From an uncultured Clostridia bacterium (GTDB lineage: Bacteria; Bacillota; Clostridia; Christensenellales; CAG-314), in contig CAKPYT010000046.1 in NCBI GenBank assembly GCA_934203075.1, forward strand, positions 5,531 through 69,530: a DNA stretch of 64,000 nucleotides. Direction: 5' to 3'. The notes below the pieces were generated by a model. That model worked only from the letters and a program-made list of their open reading frames with translations, was not told the origin of the DNA and did not search any database. How positions within the stretch are numbered: position 1 is the stretch's first letter; each line of letters opens with the position of its first letter. The position numbers and the translations under genes are program-made. Below, one piece after another: positions 38,193 to 46,832 of this stretch.

Positions 38193-39149
38193 ATGACTTA
38201 CAAAGAACTTCTCATACAAAAACTGCAAAACGGACAAATGGCTTTTCGCGAGGTGAAGGAACAGTACCGCGCCGACAAAGAGGTAGCCCTCGTTGCAGTC
38301 AGAATAAACACGCTCAACTTCCTGATGGTGGACAGCAGCCTGAAGGATGATAAGGAATTTATGACCGAGGTTTTAAAGCTGAACAAAAAATTCGTCATGA
38401 ACATCGGTCCCACCCTTCGAAACGACAAAGAATTTATGCTGTTTGCCATCGGTATCAACCCCGCTGCCGAAAAATACGTCGGCGAAGCGCTCAAAACCGA
38501 CAAGGATTTTTCCATAGCGGCATACGACAAAAACCATCTTTCCTCCGATCACTTCGACGAAAGTTTAAAATCGGACGAAAAATTCGTTCTGGAGTCGCTG
38601 AAAAACGGACAGGACGGGTTCCGTTTCGCTTCGGACGAAATAAAAAATAATAAAGCCTTTGTCAAAAGAGCAATTGCGGAACAAGGCTTCCGGTTGGACA
38701 GCGTGGGGGAAAAATTAAGAGACGATAAAGAAATCGTTTTGGCTGCCGTCAAAAACTACAGCGCAAATCTGAAAGGCGCAAGCGCCAGACTACAGGACGA
38801 TAAAGACGTGGCTTTGGCGGCCGCCAAAGCCGGAAGCGCCGCCCTTTCGTACGTAAGCGACAGGTTGAAGACGGACAGGGACGTTTTGCTTGCCGCCGTT
38901 TCTCACGAGGACGCAGCGCTTTTGGGGGTGGACAAAAAAATGCGTGCCGATAAAGAGATTGCGCTTACGGCGATAAAGTTTTATGCCGCCAATATGCGCC
39001 ACGTCGACAATACGCTGAGGTCGAACAAACAGTTTGTGCTGGAAGCGATGAAACTCAATCCGAAATGCTACGCCTTTGTACTGCCGCAGATGCAGAATAA
39101 CAAAGACGTTCGTACAATCTACAACGAATATCTGCGCTCTTTAAGGTAA
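38193..39149 (+). CDS. DUF4116 repeat protein
   Basis: About 12 copies of a 25-30-aa unit of the form L(K/R)xD(K/R)(E/D)(I/V/F)(V/A)LxAV (for example LRDDKEIVLAAV, LQDDKDVALAAA, LKTDRDVLLAAV). The start is uncertain: 38085 or 38193. Confidence 0.65.
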   Translation: MTYKELLIQKLQNGQMAFREVKEQYRADKEVALVAVRINTLNFLMVDSSLKDDKEFMTEVLKLNKKFVMNIGPTLRNDKEFMLFAIGINPAAEKYVGEALKTDKDFSIAAYDKNHLSSDHFDESLKSDEKFVLESLKNGQDGFRFASDEIKNNKAFVKRAIAEQGFRLDSVGEKLRDDKEIVLAAVKNYSANLKGASARLQDDKDVALAAAKAGSAALSYVSDRLKTDRDVLLAAVSHEDAALLGVDKKMRADKEIALTAIKFYAANMRHVDNTLRSNKQFVLEAMKLNPKCYAFVLPQMQNNKDVRTIYNEYLRSLR

Positions 39150-39154
39150 AAACG

Positions 39155-40945
39155 ATGGATAAACAAACGGCAATCAAACAACTTTCGGACGGATTGATCA
39201 CGTTAGACAAGCTTGACGAGCATTTTCGTGACGATAAAGACGTCGTTCTGGCAGCAGTCGAAAGGGACGGCAGTTCTTTTCGGTTTGCATCCGATCGACT
39301 TCGCGACGACTTTGAAACGGTTTTCGACGCTGTGAATATAGACGGCATGGCCATAAGATACGCTTCCGACGAGTTAAAAAACGATCCCGACATAGTCAAA
39401 AACGCAATGGACAACAATCCGCTTGCACTCTCTGCCGCAGGAGCAGGGATGGACAAAAACGAGGACGTCGTCATAGACCTCCTGCAAAAAGGGAAGCTCA
39501 AATTTCCGGATGCCGACAAAAGCCTGAGAAAAAACCGTAAAGTGGTTCTGGCTGCGGTGAAGGTCGACGGCGAAAATCTTTACTATGCCGATGTCGGTTT
39601 TAAAAATGACTATGAAATTGCAATTTCGGCCGTAAAACAGCACTCTCATGCCTACACGTGGGTGAGTGATAAACTCAAGAACGACAAGGCTTTTTCGCTG
39701 GAAGCGGTTGGATTGGACAGCAACCGGATATCGTCGGTGCCGTACGAGCTTTTAGACGATGAGGAATTTATGTCCGAAGCCGTGCGGATCGACGGTCTGA
39801 CGCTGAAATGGGCGGGCTATAACGTTTCCGGAAAAGAAAACGTCGTGCTTGCCGCAATCAAACAGAATCCCTCTGCGCTTTTTTGCGCGCGAGATTTTTT
39901 TCGGTCCGACGAGGACTTTTTGAAAAAGGCGTTGGAAATCAACGGAGATTGCTTGAAATTTGCCAGCGACGAGTTGAAAAACGACAAAGAGTTTATCCTG
40001 TTTGCCACGGCGCTGGATTACGACGCCGTAAAATACGCCGGCGACAATTTAAAGCGGGAGAAAGATTTTTGGTTCGACGCCTATAAAATCAACCCGAACA
40101 CCTTCCGGTTTTTGGACAACGAGACCAAAAACGACAGAGAGTTTTTCCTGGACGGTTTAAAGCAGGGGTTCAGAATTTTGCGCTTTGCTTCCGACAACGT
40201 TACTCACGACCGCATTTTTGCGGAAAAGGCGGTACTCCTGGACGGCTTCGATCTGCGCTTTATAGCACCCGTCTTCAAGGAGGAAAAACCGTTCGTTCTA
40301 CAGGCGGTGAAAACCAACGGCTACAATCTGAAGGCCGCAGGCTATCGTCTTCAGGAGGACATCGACGTGGTTCTGGCGGCAGTCGCTCAAAACGGCGGTG
40401 CAAAAAAATACGTCATCGGAAGTCTCGAATGGAACAGCAAAGTCGGAAAAGCCGCAAATGCGGATCACTCTGCCTGCAAAAAATTGCCGTCAATGGAGGA
40501 AGACGACCAGGCACTCAGAAGCGCTGACGTTTTAAGGAATCGTAAAAGCAGTCTGGACAGAGAAATCGACGCCAGAATGTTCGATAACAAAGAAATTCTT
40601 TTGAGTTTTGCCACGAGAAGCGGCTGGGAAGCTTTCGAAAGATATTCGAGTTATGCCACCAAATCCGACCGTGATTTTATGCTTCGGTGCATCGAAAAAA
40701 ACGGCTGTATGTTGTGTGCGGCCGCCTTTAAACTCCGAAACGACAAAGACTTTGCCCTTACGGCCGTACGGCAGAACGGCTACGCTTATGTCTTTGCGTC
40801 GGAGGACTTGAAAGCGGATGACGACTTCAAAAAAGCCGCAAAAGAACAAGGCGATTTTTCGGACGGAAAATATCTTGTTGCAACCGAAGTGAAACGCCAA
40901 TATAACGACGACGTGTACCTTTTGGAGCCGGACGAAATAAGATAA
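39155..40945 (+). CDS. DUF4116 repeat protein (large)
   Basis: About 20 copies of the same unit (FRDDKDVVLAAV, LRKNRKVVLAAV, LKNDKEFILFAT, LQEDIDVVLAAV ...). Lies 5 nt after the previous gene. Confidence 0.7.
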   Translation: MDKQTAIKQLSDGLITLDKLDEHFRDDKDVVLAAVERDGSSFRFASDRLRDDFETVFDAVNIDGMAIRYASDELKNDPDIVKNAMDNNPLALSAAGAGMDKNEDVVIDLLQKGKLKFPDADKSLRKNRKVVLAAVKVDGENLYYADVGFKNDYEIAISAVKQHSHAYTWVSDKLKNDKAFSLEAVGLDSNRISSVPYELLDDEEFMSEAVRIDGLTLKWAGYNVSGKENVVLAAIKQNPSALFCARDFFRSDEDFLKKALEINGDCLKFASDELKNDKEFILFATALDYDAVKYAGDNLKREKDFWFDAYKINPNTFRFLDNETKNDREFFLDGLKQGFRILRFASDNVTHDRIFAEKAVLLDGFDLRFIAPVFKEEKPFVLQAVKTNGYNLKAAGYRLQEDIDVVLAAVAQNGGAKKYVIGSLEWNSKVGKAANADHSACKKLPSMEEDDQALRSADVLRNRKSSLDREIDARMFDNKEILLSFATRSGWEAFERYSSYATKSDRDFMLRCIEKNGCMLCAAAFKLRNDKDFALTAVRQNGYAYVFASEDLKADDDFKKAAKEQGDFSDGKYLVATEVKRQYNDDVYLLEPDEIR

Positions 40946-41306
40946 AAGTTACGGAAAAGGCAGGGCCATCGCCGGGTTTTCGTTTCCGGTGCGGCTGCCG
41001 TTTGGAATGCCGCAGCGCAATACGTGTTGTGGCAGAGTTTTTGCAAATCAAGGCAAGAAAACGGTGTGGAAACCCTGCCGAATGGAAGGGGGCTTTGAAC
41101 TTTCCATCCTTCGGGTAAAGAAAAGTAAAACAATCGCGTAGGATTCGCAGGGGGCAAAACCGTAGAAGTCAGTAAGGCGTTTCTATGCAAGAAGTCCGGA
41201 GGCCTGAAGACATCGTCGTTTACGACCGCCTGCCGGATTGGATATTTGATTTCGAAAAAGATACGGAAGAAACGGAATCCTTTTTGAAAGCGAGTTCGGT
41301 TTATCT

Positions 41307-41341
41307 TAAAAAACGAGGCTGCAGTTCTGCAGCCTCGTTTT
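41307..41341. terminator. bidirectional terminator
   Basis: A stem of at least 10 bp, ACGAGGCTGC/GCAGCCTCGT, flanked by A6 and T4. Lies 20 nt beyond the stop of the - strand CofE-like gene. Confidence 0.75.
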
Positions 41342-41360
41342 GATGCTTATGAGGAGAAAG

Positions 41361-42542
41361 TTATTCGTTGCTGTAATTGTCAAAATAGTGCTGAATCAAA
41401 ACAAACGGGGTACCTTTGTCGCCGCTGCCGCTCGTCAGGTCGCACAGGCTGCCCAGTAAGTCCGTCAGGCGGCGGGGGGTTGTTCCCTGCGATGCCATGG
41501 ATCCTTTCAGATCCTGCTTTTTATCGTGGATCAATTGTTTCATGGCAGAAACGGCTTCCTCGCCGGAAAGGCCTTGCAGCTGGGTATCCGCAATGTATTT
41601 CAGTTTTAATTCGTTGGGGGTACCTTCCAGTCCTGCAGTGTATCCGGGGCTGATCATCGGGTCTGCCAGTTCCCAGATGCCGCCGACGGGGTCTTTGAAG
41701 GCGCCGTCCCCGTATACCATCACTTCTATGTGCTTGCCGGTTTTTTGATACAACGTTTCCGCAATGCCTTCCACAAACGGCTGGCAATCGCGGGGGAAGA
41801 GTTTTACACTGTTTTCCGTTGCAAGGTTGCTGCCGAGCAGGCCGGTGGTCGGGTTGTATCCGCTGCCGTCCACGCTTTCGGTCAAAAAGTCGTGCAGGCT
41901 CCAGACTTCTTTGGCGCCTTTTGCCTGCAAAATGCGTTTGGTACGTTTGCGCGTGTGGATGTCGGCATTGATGATTTTGTCAGTGTAGTTCAACAGGTAT
42001 TCCGGCCGGTTCGAAATTACGATTTTGCAATGGGGGCCGGCATATTCCTTATAGAGGGAAATGTAGTCGATTCCGGTAAAGGGATGTTTCACTTCCGGAA
42101 AAATCCTGCGGAATTCTTCCTCGGTAAAACTGTCGCTGTAGGTATCGATTCCCGCTTCGTCTACCTTGTCGATAGAGATTAAGGGGTTTCCCACTTCGTC
42201 GGACGGGTAGGAGAGTTGAATAATCAGTTCGTCTACCCCGCGGGCAATGCCTTTTAAAAGCAAAGAAAAACGGTTGCGGGAAAGAATCGGGAACAGCAAC
42301 CCAACAGTGCCTCCCTTGGTTTTTTTGCGCACGTCCGCCGCGATTTGTTCTACCGTAGCATAGTTTCCCTGTGCCCGTGCCACAACCGCTTCCGTAACGG
42401 CAACAATGTCTCTGTCGTGAAAAGAAAACCCTTCTTCCTGTTGTGCGGCAAGAACGCTGTCCACCACGATGTCCGCAAGAGGATCCCCTTGCTTGATGAT
42501 GGGCCCGCGAATTCCCCGAACGATTGTACCGATGTTTTTCAT
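41361..42542 (-). CDS. F420-0:gamma-glutamyl ligase (CofE)-family protein, long form
   Basis: The N-terminus [24 protein letters not shown]...[20 protein letters not shown] matches the CofE/PF01996 pattern. At 393 aa it is longer than canonical CofE. Confidence 0.7.
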   Translation of the reverse strand: MKNIGTIVRGIRGPIIKQGDPLADIVVDSVLAAQQEEGFSFHDRDIVAVTEAVVARAQGNYATVEQIAADVRKKTKGGTVGLLFPILSRNRFSLLLKGIARGVDELIIQLSYPSDEVGNPLISIDKVDEAGIDTYSDSFTEEEFRRIFPEVKHPFTGIDYISLYKEYAGPHCKIVISNRPEYLLNYTDKIINADIHTRKRTKRILQAKGAKEVWSLHDFLTESVDGSGYNPTTGLLGSNLATENSVKLFPRDCQPFVEGIAETLYQKTGKHIEVMVYGDGAFKDPVGGIWELADPMISPGYTAGLEGTPNELKLKYIADTQLQGLSGEEAVSAMKQLIHDKKQDLKGSMASQGTTPRRLTDLLGSLCDLTSGSGDKGTPFVLIQHYFDNYSNE

Positions 42543-42774
42543 TTGATACCTCCTGTTGAAAGAGAAATGAGATACTTTGTTTGCAAAACAAAATACATTT
42601 CAGTATATCTTATATTTTTTTGTTTGAAAAGTAAATGAGTCTGATTTTTATTTTTTTCTTGCGATTTTTTCACGGGCAATCGTCGGGCTTTCCTTTTGCG
42701 GCAGTAACATATTTTTCTCAAATCCCATATTGTAAAACCAGAAGCGCAAAGTTTTTTGCGCAGGAGGTACATAT

Positions 42775-42987
42775 ATGTTTCAAGGTTTGTTTGGTTCGGA
42801 CTGTGGCTCCGGTTGCGGCTGCAACTGCACCTGGTTGCTGTTGCTCATTTTGTTCCTGACCTGCTGCTGCGGCGGCAACGGATGCAAAAAATTCAGCATC
42901 AGCGTGAATCCCTGCTGCTTGTTGTTGATGATCGCTCTGCTTTATTGCTGCGGCGGTATCGGCATCGGCAAAGAATGCGGTTGCTAA
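42775..42987 (+). CDS. 70-aa cysteine-rich hydrophobic microprotein
   Basis: AGGAGG at 42762-42767 lies 7 nt before the ATG, and a terminator follows directly. Sequence is MFQGLFGSDCGSGCGCNCTWLLLLILFLTCCCGGNGCKKFSISVNPCCLLLMIALLYCCGGIGIGKECGC (14 Cys). Confidence 0.55.
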   Translation: MFQGLFGSDCGSGCGCNCTWLLLLILFLTCCCGGNGCKKFSISVNPCCLLLMIALLYCCGGIGIGKECGC

Positions 42988-42999
42988 AAACTTCGGGAA

Positions 43000-43029
43000 A
43001 GGGCGGGCAACCGCTCTTTTCTTTTTTTT
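43000..43029 (+). terminator. Rho-independent terminator
   Basis: AGGGCGG/CCGCTCT stem with a GCAA loop, followed by TTTCTTTTTTTT. Confidence 0.75.
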
Positions 43030-43250
43030 GCAAAAACGAGTTCGTGCCCTTGCCGGGTAAAAACGCTCCGCCACAGAGAAAGCACAAGGGGTAAAGCGGG
43101 CAAAACGTCCGTGCGTTTTTGCGGGGGGTGTGCACTTTGTGCATTGCTCCTCATGCCCGGCACAAAAGAGTTCACAGTCGCTCGTGGCCCGCTTGCGCAC
43201 CGGAAAAAAGAGAGTTTCGTCCGGCTTTTCGTTTGTTTTTGCCGGAAAGG

Positions 43251-43279
43251 TTGCAAAGAAGAAAAAAGTAGGGTATACT
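43251..43279 (+). promoter_or_regulatory. sigma-A type promoter for ECF S-component/coaX
   Basis: TTGCAA, 17-nt spacer, TATACT. Confidence 0.55.
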
Positions 43280-43373
43280 ATACCTGCCCGTACCATACGG
43301 ACGGGACGCATACTTTGTTTTGTGCAACCGGAATTTCGACCGGCATCCATCGGGAGCCGTAACGGAGGTTTTT

Positions 43374-44000
43374 ATGAAAACGAATTCTCGTAAAATTGCA
43401 CTGACTGCCATCTTTTTTGCACTCATTGCCATATTGTCTTTTACGCCCCTCGGCTTTGTGCCGATTGTTCCGGGCGTCATCGATATGGCGTTTTTGTATT
43501 TAGTGGTAATCATCGTTGCGGCGCAGACGCAAGGGCTTTGGATCGGCGTGGCATGCAGCACTTTTTTCGGAGTCTGCAGCCTGATCAACGCCTACGTATA
43601 CCCGACCAAACTGATGTCGATTTGCTTTCAGAATCCGCTCATCAGCGTTTTGCCGCGTATCTGCATTGGGTTTACGACGTATTTTTCCTATCGGCTGTTC
43701 TGCAAGTGTTTCGCAAAGGCAAAAAGCCGCTTTTGGTCCACAACGGCAGCCTCCGCTTTCAGCGCATTGGCGGGTGTCGTCACAAATACGGCGCTGGTAC
43801 TCGGCGGTATTGCGTTGGGGTACGGCAATCTCTATCTGGAAAGCCAGGGGATGGACATGCTGACCTTTCTTGCTACGGTCGTGCTCGTCTTTAATTTCCC
43901 GATTGAATTAGTAACAAACTTCCTTCTGGTGCCGCCGGTTACGCTGGCAGTACGAAAGATCAATCCGACAACGGAGCAGCAAAATGATTCTGGTAATTGA
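43374..44000 (+). CDS. ECF-transporter substrate-specific (S) component, possibly pantothenate-specific
   Basis: Six-TM protein starting KIALTAIFFALIAILSFTPLGFVP. The ATG at 43374 follows GGAGG. It overlaps coaX, which suggests pantothenate uptake, but the specificity is only inferred. Confidence 0.72.
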   Translation: MKTNSRKIALTAIFFALIAILSFTPLGFVPIVPGVIDMAFLYLVVIIVAAQTQGLWIGVACSTFFGVCSLINAYVYPTKLMSICFQNPLISVLPRICIGFTTYFSYRLFCKCFAKAKSRFWSTTAASAFSALAGVVTNTALVLGGIALGYGNLYLESQGMDMLTFLATVVLVFNFPIELVTNFLLVPPVTLAVRKINPTTEQQNDSGN

Positions 44001-44757
44001 CATCGGCAACACGAACGTGAAAATGGGCGTGTTCAAAGGCAACGAACTGATTAAAAGCTGGCGTATGCATAGCGACGCACAGCGCACGGGCGACGAGTAC
44101 GGCATTTCCTTAAAACAGGCGTTTCAGGAAGAGGGGATTCGTTCTGCGGACATCGAAGGCAGCATTTTGTCCAGTGTCATTCCGCAAATGAATTACACCA
44201 TCGAGCATATGCTGAACTACTATACGGGTACAAAACCTCTTATGGTTTCGCCCGGAGTCAAAACCGGGTTAAATATCAAATATGATAACGCACGGGAGCT
44301 CGGTTCCGACCGTATCATCACAAGTGTAGCGGCCGTGAAAAAGTACGGAGCCCCCGTCATCGTGGTGGATTTCGGCACGGCAACCACGTTTAACGCCGTG
44401 AACGAACGCAAAGAGTTTTTAGGCGGGTGTATCGTCCCCGGGATTAAAACCGCGGTGGATGCGTTGACCGCAAAAGCGGCAAAACTGCCGCGAGTGGAGT
44501 TTCAAAAGCCCAAAACGGTGATTTGCCGCAGTACGATTGCAAACATCCAAAGCGGGTTAATCAACGGGACCATCGGCACGGTGAATTATATTTTACGGTT
44601 AATGAAAAGGGAAATGGGTTCGGAAAACGTAAAAGTCGTGGCCACGGGCGGTTTGGCAGAACTGGTGAAAGACGAAACGGATATCGACGTGGTGGATCGC
44701 ACGCTTTCCCTGTACGGGCTGAAATATCTGTACGATCTGAACACTCCGCAGGAATAA
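43984..44757 (+). CDS. coaX: type III pantothenate kinase
   Basis: MILVIDIGNTNVKMGVF...GSDRI...VVDFGTATTF... Confidence 0.93.
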   Translation: MILVIDIGNTNVKMGVFKGNELIKSWRMHSDAQRTGDEYGISLKQAFQEEGIRSADIEGSILSSVIPQMNYTIEHMLNYYTGTKPLMVSPGVKTGLNIKYDNARELGSDRIITSVAAVKKYGAPVIVVDFGTATTFNAVNERKEFLGGCIVPGIKTAVDALTAKAAKLPRVEFQKPKTVICRSTIANIQSGLINGTIGTVNYILRLMKREMGSENVKVVATGGLAELVKDETDIDVVDRTLSLYGLKYLYDLNTPQE

Positions 44758-44763
44758 AAAATC

Positions 44764-44794
44764 GCAACCCGTAGCCGCGGGTTGCTTTTTCTTT
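44764..44794 (+). terminator. Rho-independent terminator
   Basis: GCAACCCG/CGGGTTGC stem followed by TTTTTCTTT. Confidence 0.8.
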
Positions 44795-44841
44795 GGGGCA
44801 CTTTCCGGCGCGTACGGAAGGGGCATAATTCGGTAAAACGG

Positions 44842-44870
44842 TTGTGAACACTTCAGGGATGGGTTATAAT
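44842..44870 (+). promoter_or_regulatory. sigma-A type promoter abutting the uvrB start codon
   Basis: TTGTGA, 17-nt spacer, TATAAT. The A of the uvrB ATG at 44877 is the 7th nt after the -10. Confidence 0.55.
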
Positions 44871-44876
44871 AAGAGA

Positions 44877-46832
44877 ATGGAAGAGAAAAAGTTTCATCTG
44901 GTATCGAAATATCAGCCGACGGGGGATCAGCCGGAGGCGATCCGTCAGTTGACGGAAGGCTTACAAAACGGCCTGCGTACGCAGGTGCTGAAGGGCGTCA
45001 CAGGCAGCGGTAAAACCTTTACCATGGCAAACGTAATTGCAAAAACCAATCGCCCGGCGTTGATTATTTCCCACAATAAAACGTTGGCGGCGCAGTTGTG
45101 TAACGAGTTCCGTGAGTTTTTCCCGGAAAATCGCGTAGAGTTTTTCGTTTCGTATTACGACTACTACATGCCGGAAAGTTACATTCCGCAGCGGGATTTG
45201 TATATCGAAAAAGAAATGAGCATCAACGACGAAATCGATAAACTGCGGCATTCCGCCACCTGTTCTCTTTTCGAAAGGAAAGATACGATCGTCGTGGCAT
45301 CCGTCTCCTGCATTTACGGGTTGGGCGGCCCGGACGAGTATTACAAAATGAGTGTTTCTTTGCGGCCGAATCAGCAGATATCGCTGAAAGAAGTCGTGCA
45401 GCGGCTCATCTCCATTCAGTATCAGCGCAGCGATCTGGATTTCCGTCGCGGCACGTTTCGCCTGCACGGGGACGTTCTGGAAGTTTTCCCCGCAAGCAAT
45501 TCGGAAGTAGCCGTCCGCATCGAGTTTTTCGGCGATGAAATCGAGCGGATCAGCGAGGTGGAGGTCGTTTCCGGGCATAAAATCGCAACGCTGCTGCATA
45601 CCATCATTTTCCCTGCGTCTCACTACGTTGTAGAGGGTATCACCATGGAAAAGGCATTGCAAAACATCGGTCGGGATCTGGTGGGGGAAGTGCAGGCGTT
45701 GAAGGATGCCGGAAAAGCCCTGGAAGCACAGCGTTTGCAGCAGCGCGTCGGTTACGATATGGAAATGATGCGTGAAATGGGCTATTGCAACGGGATCGAG
45801 AATTATTCCCGCTATTTTGACGGGCGGGTGCCGGGACAGCCGCCGTATACGCTCCTCGATTATTTCCCGAAGGATTTTATTACGTTTGTGGATGAAAGTC
45901 ACATGACGTTGCCGCAAATTCACGGGATGTATAACGGAGATCGGGCGCGCAAAAAAAATCTGGTGGATTATGGCTTTCGGATGCAAAGCGCCTACGATAA
46001 CCGTCCGCTGCGTTTTGAGGAATTCGATGCACGCATCGGCCAGATGATTTGCGTTTCCGCAACGCCTGCGGATTATGAGTTGTCTCAGGCCGGGCAAGTG
46101 GTGGAACAGGTGATTCGTCCTACCGGATTGCTCGATCCTCCCATCGAAGTGCGTCCCGTCGAAGGGCAGGTGGACGATCTCTTAAACGAAATTCACAAAA
46201 CCGTAGCGAACCGCGGCCGCGTGCTGGTCACCACGCTGACAAAGCGTATGGCGGAAATGCTTACGGATTACCTGACGGAGTGCGGGGTAAAATGCAGATA
46301 TATGCACAGCGAAATCGAAACGATGGAGAGGATCGAAATCGTTTCGGGGCTGAAAAAGGGGGATTTCGACGTCTTAGTGGGAATCAACCTTTTGCGCGAA
46401 GGTCTGGATATTCCGGACGTTCAGTTGGTTGCGATTATCGACGCAGACAAAGAAGGTTTTTTGCGCAGCGATTCCGCTTTGATTCAAACGGTGGGGCGTG
46501 CCGCGCGCAATGCGGACGGACACGTCGTGATGTATGCCGATACGATGACGCGAAGCATGCAGCGTGCCATAGACGAAACGAATCGGCGCAGGGCCATTCA
46601 GCAGGCGTACAACGAAGAGCACGGAATCACCCCCACGACGATTCGCCACAACGTGGAAAACACGCTGGAAATCACAAAGAAGGATACGGTTTCGAAGAAG
46701 GATCTTCCGAAAGAAATCGAGCGGTTAAAAGCGCAAATGAAGCGCGCCGCAAATGATCTGGACTTTGAAAAGGCAATCGAACTCCGGGAGCAGATCGCAA
46801 AACTGCAAAGAAAGTTGGGAAAAGGAAAATGA
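44877..46832 (+). CDS. uvrB: excinuclease ABC subunit B
   Basis: [25 protein letters not shown]...[10 protein letters not shown]... The N-terminal length matches B. subtilis UvrB when the start is at 44877. Confidence 0.97.
   Translation: MEEKKFHLVSKYQPTGDQPEAIRQLTEGLQNGLRTQVLKGVTGSGKTFTMANVIAKTNRPALIISHNKTLAAQLCNEFREFFPENRVEFFVSYYDYYMPESYIPQRDLYIEKEMSINDEIDKLRHSATCSLFERKDTIVVASVSCIYGLGGPDEYYKMSVSLRPNQQISLKEVVQRLISIQYQRSDLDFRRGTFRLHGDVLEVFPASNSEVAVRIEFFGDEIERISEVEVVSGHKIATLLHTIIFPASHYVVEGITMEKALQNIGRDLVGEVQALKDAGKALEAQRLQQRVGYDMEMMREMGYCNGIENYSRYFDGRVPGQPPYTLLDYFPKDFITFVDESHMTLPQIHGMYNGDRARKKNLVDYGFRMQSAYDNRPLRFEEFDARIGQMICVSATPADYELSQAGQVVEQVIRPTGLLDPPIEVRPVEGQVDDLLNEIHKTVANRGRVLVTTLTKRMAEMLTDYLTECGVKCRYMHSEIETMERIEIVSGLKKGDFDVLVGINLLREGLDIPDVQLVAIIDADKEGFLRSDSALIQTVGRAARNADGHVVMYADTMTRSMQRAIDETNRRRAIQQAYNEEHGITPTTIRHNVENTLEITKKDTVSKKDLPKEIERLKAQMKRAANDLDFEKAIELREQIAKLQRKLGKGK

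Noticed and set aside
41185-41340. A 51-codon ORF (MQEVRRPEDIVVYDRLPDWIFDFEKD...) in the 400-nt gap after the DUF4116 genes.
   Set aside because: It has no Shine-Dalgarno, it reads through the bidirectional terminator stem, and it shows no family resemblance. It may be a gene remnant but is unsupported.
44840-44860. A possible LexA/DinR box upstream of uvrB (GAAC at 44846-44849).
   Set aside because: Only a half-site is present. The expected GTTC four nucleotides downstream is missing.
44961-46097. A 378-aa - strand ORF opposite uvrB. Similar cases are 48806-49732 opposite uvrA, 57013-58044 opposite the NYN gene, 52319-53284 opposite livM and 13094-14041 opposite rseP.
   Set aside because: All are antisense shadows of confidently identified genes.
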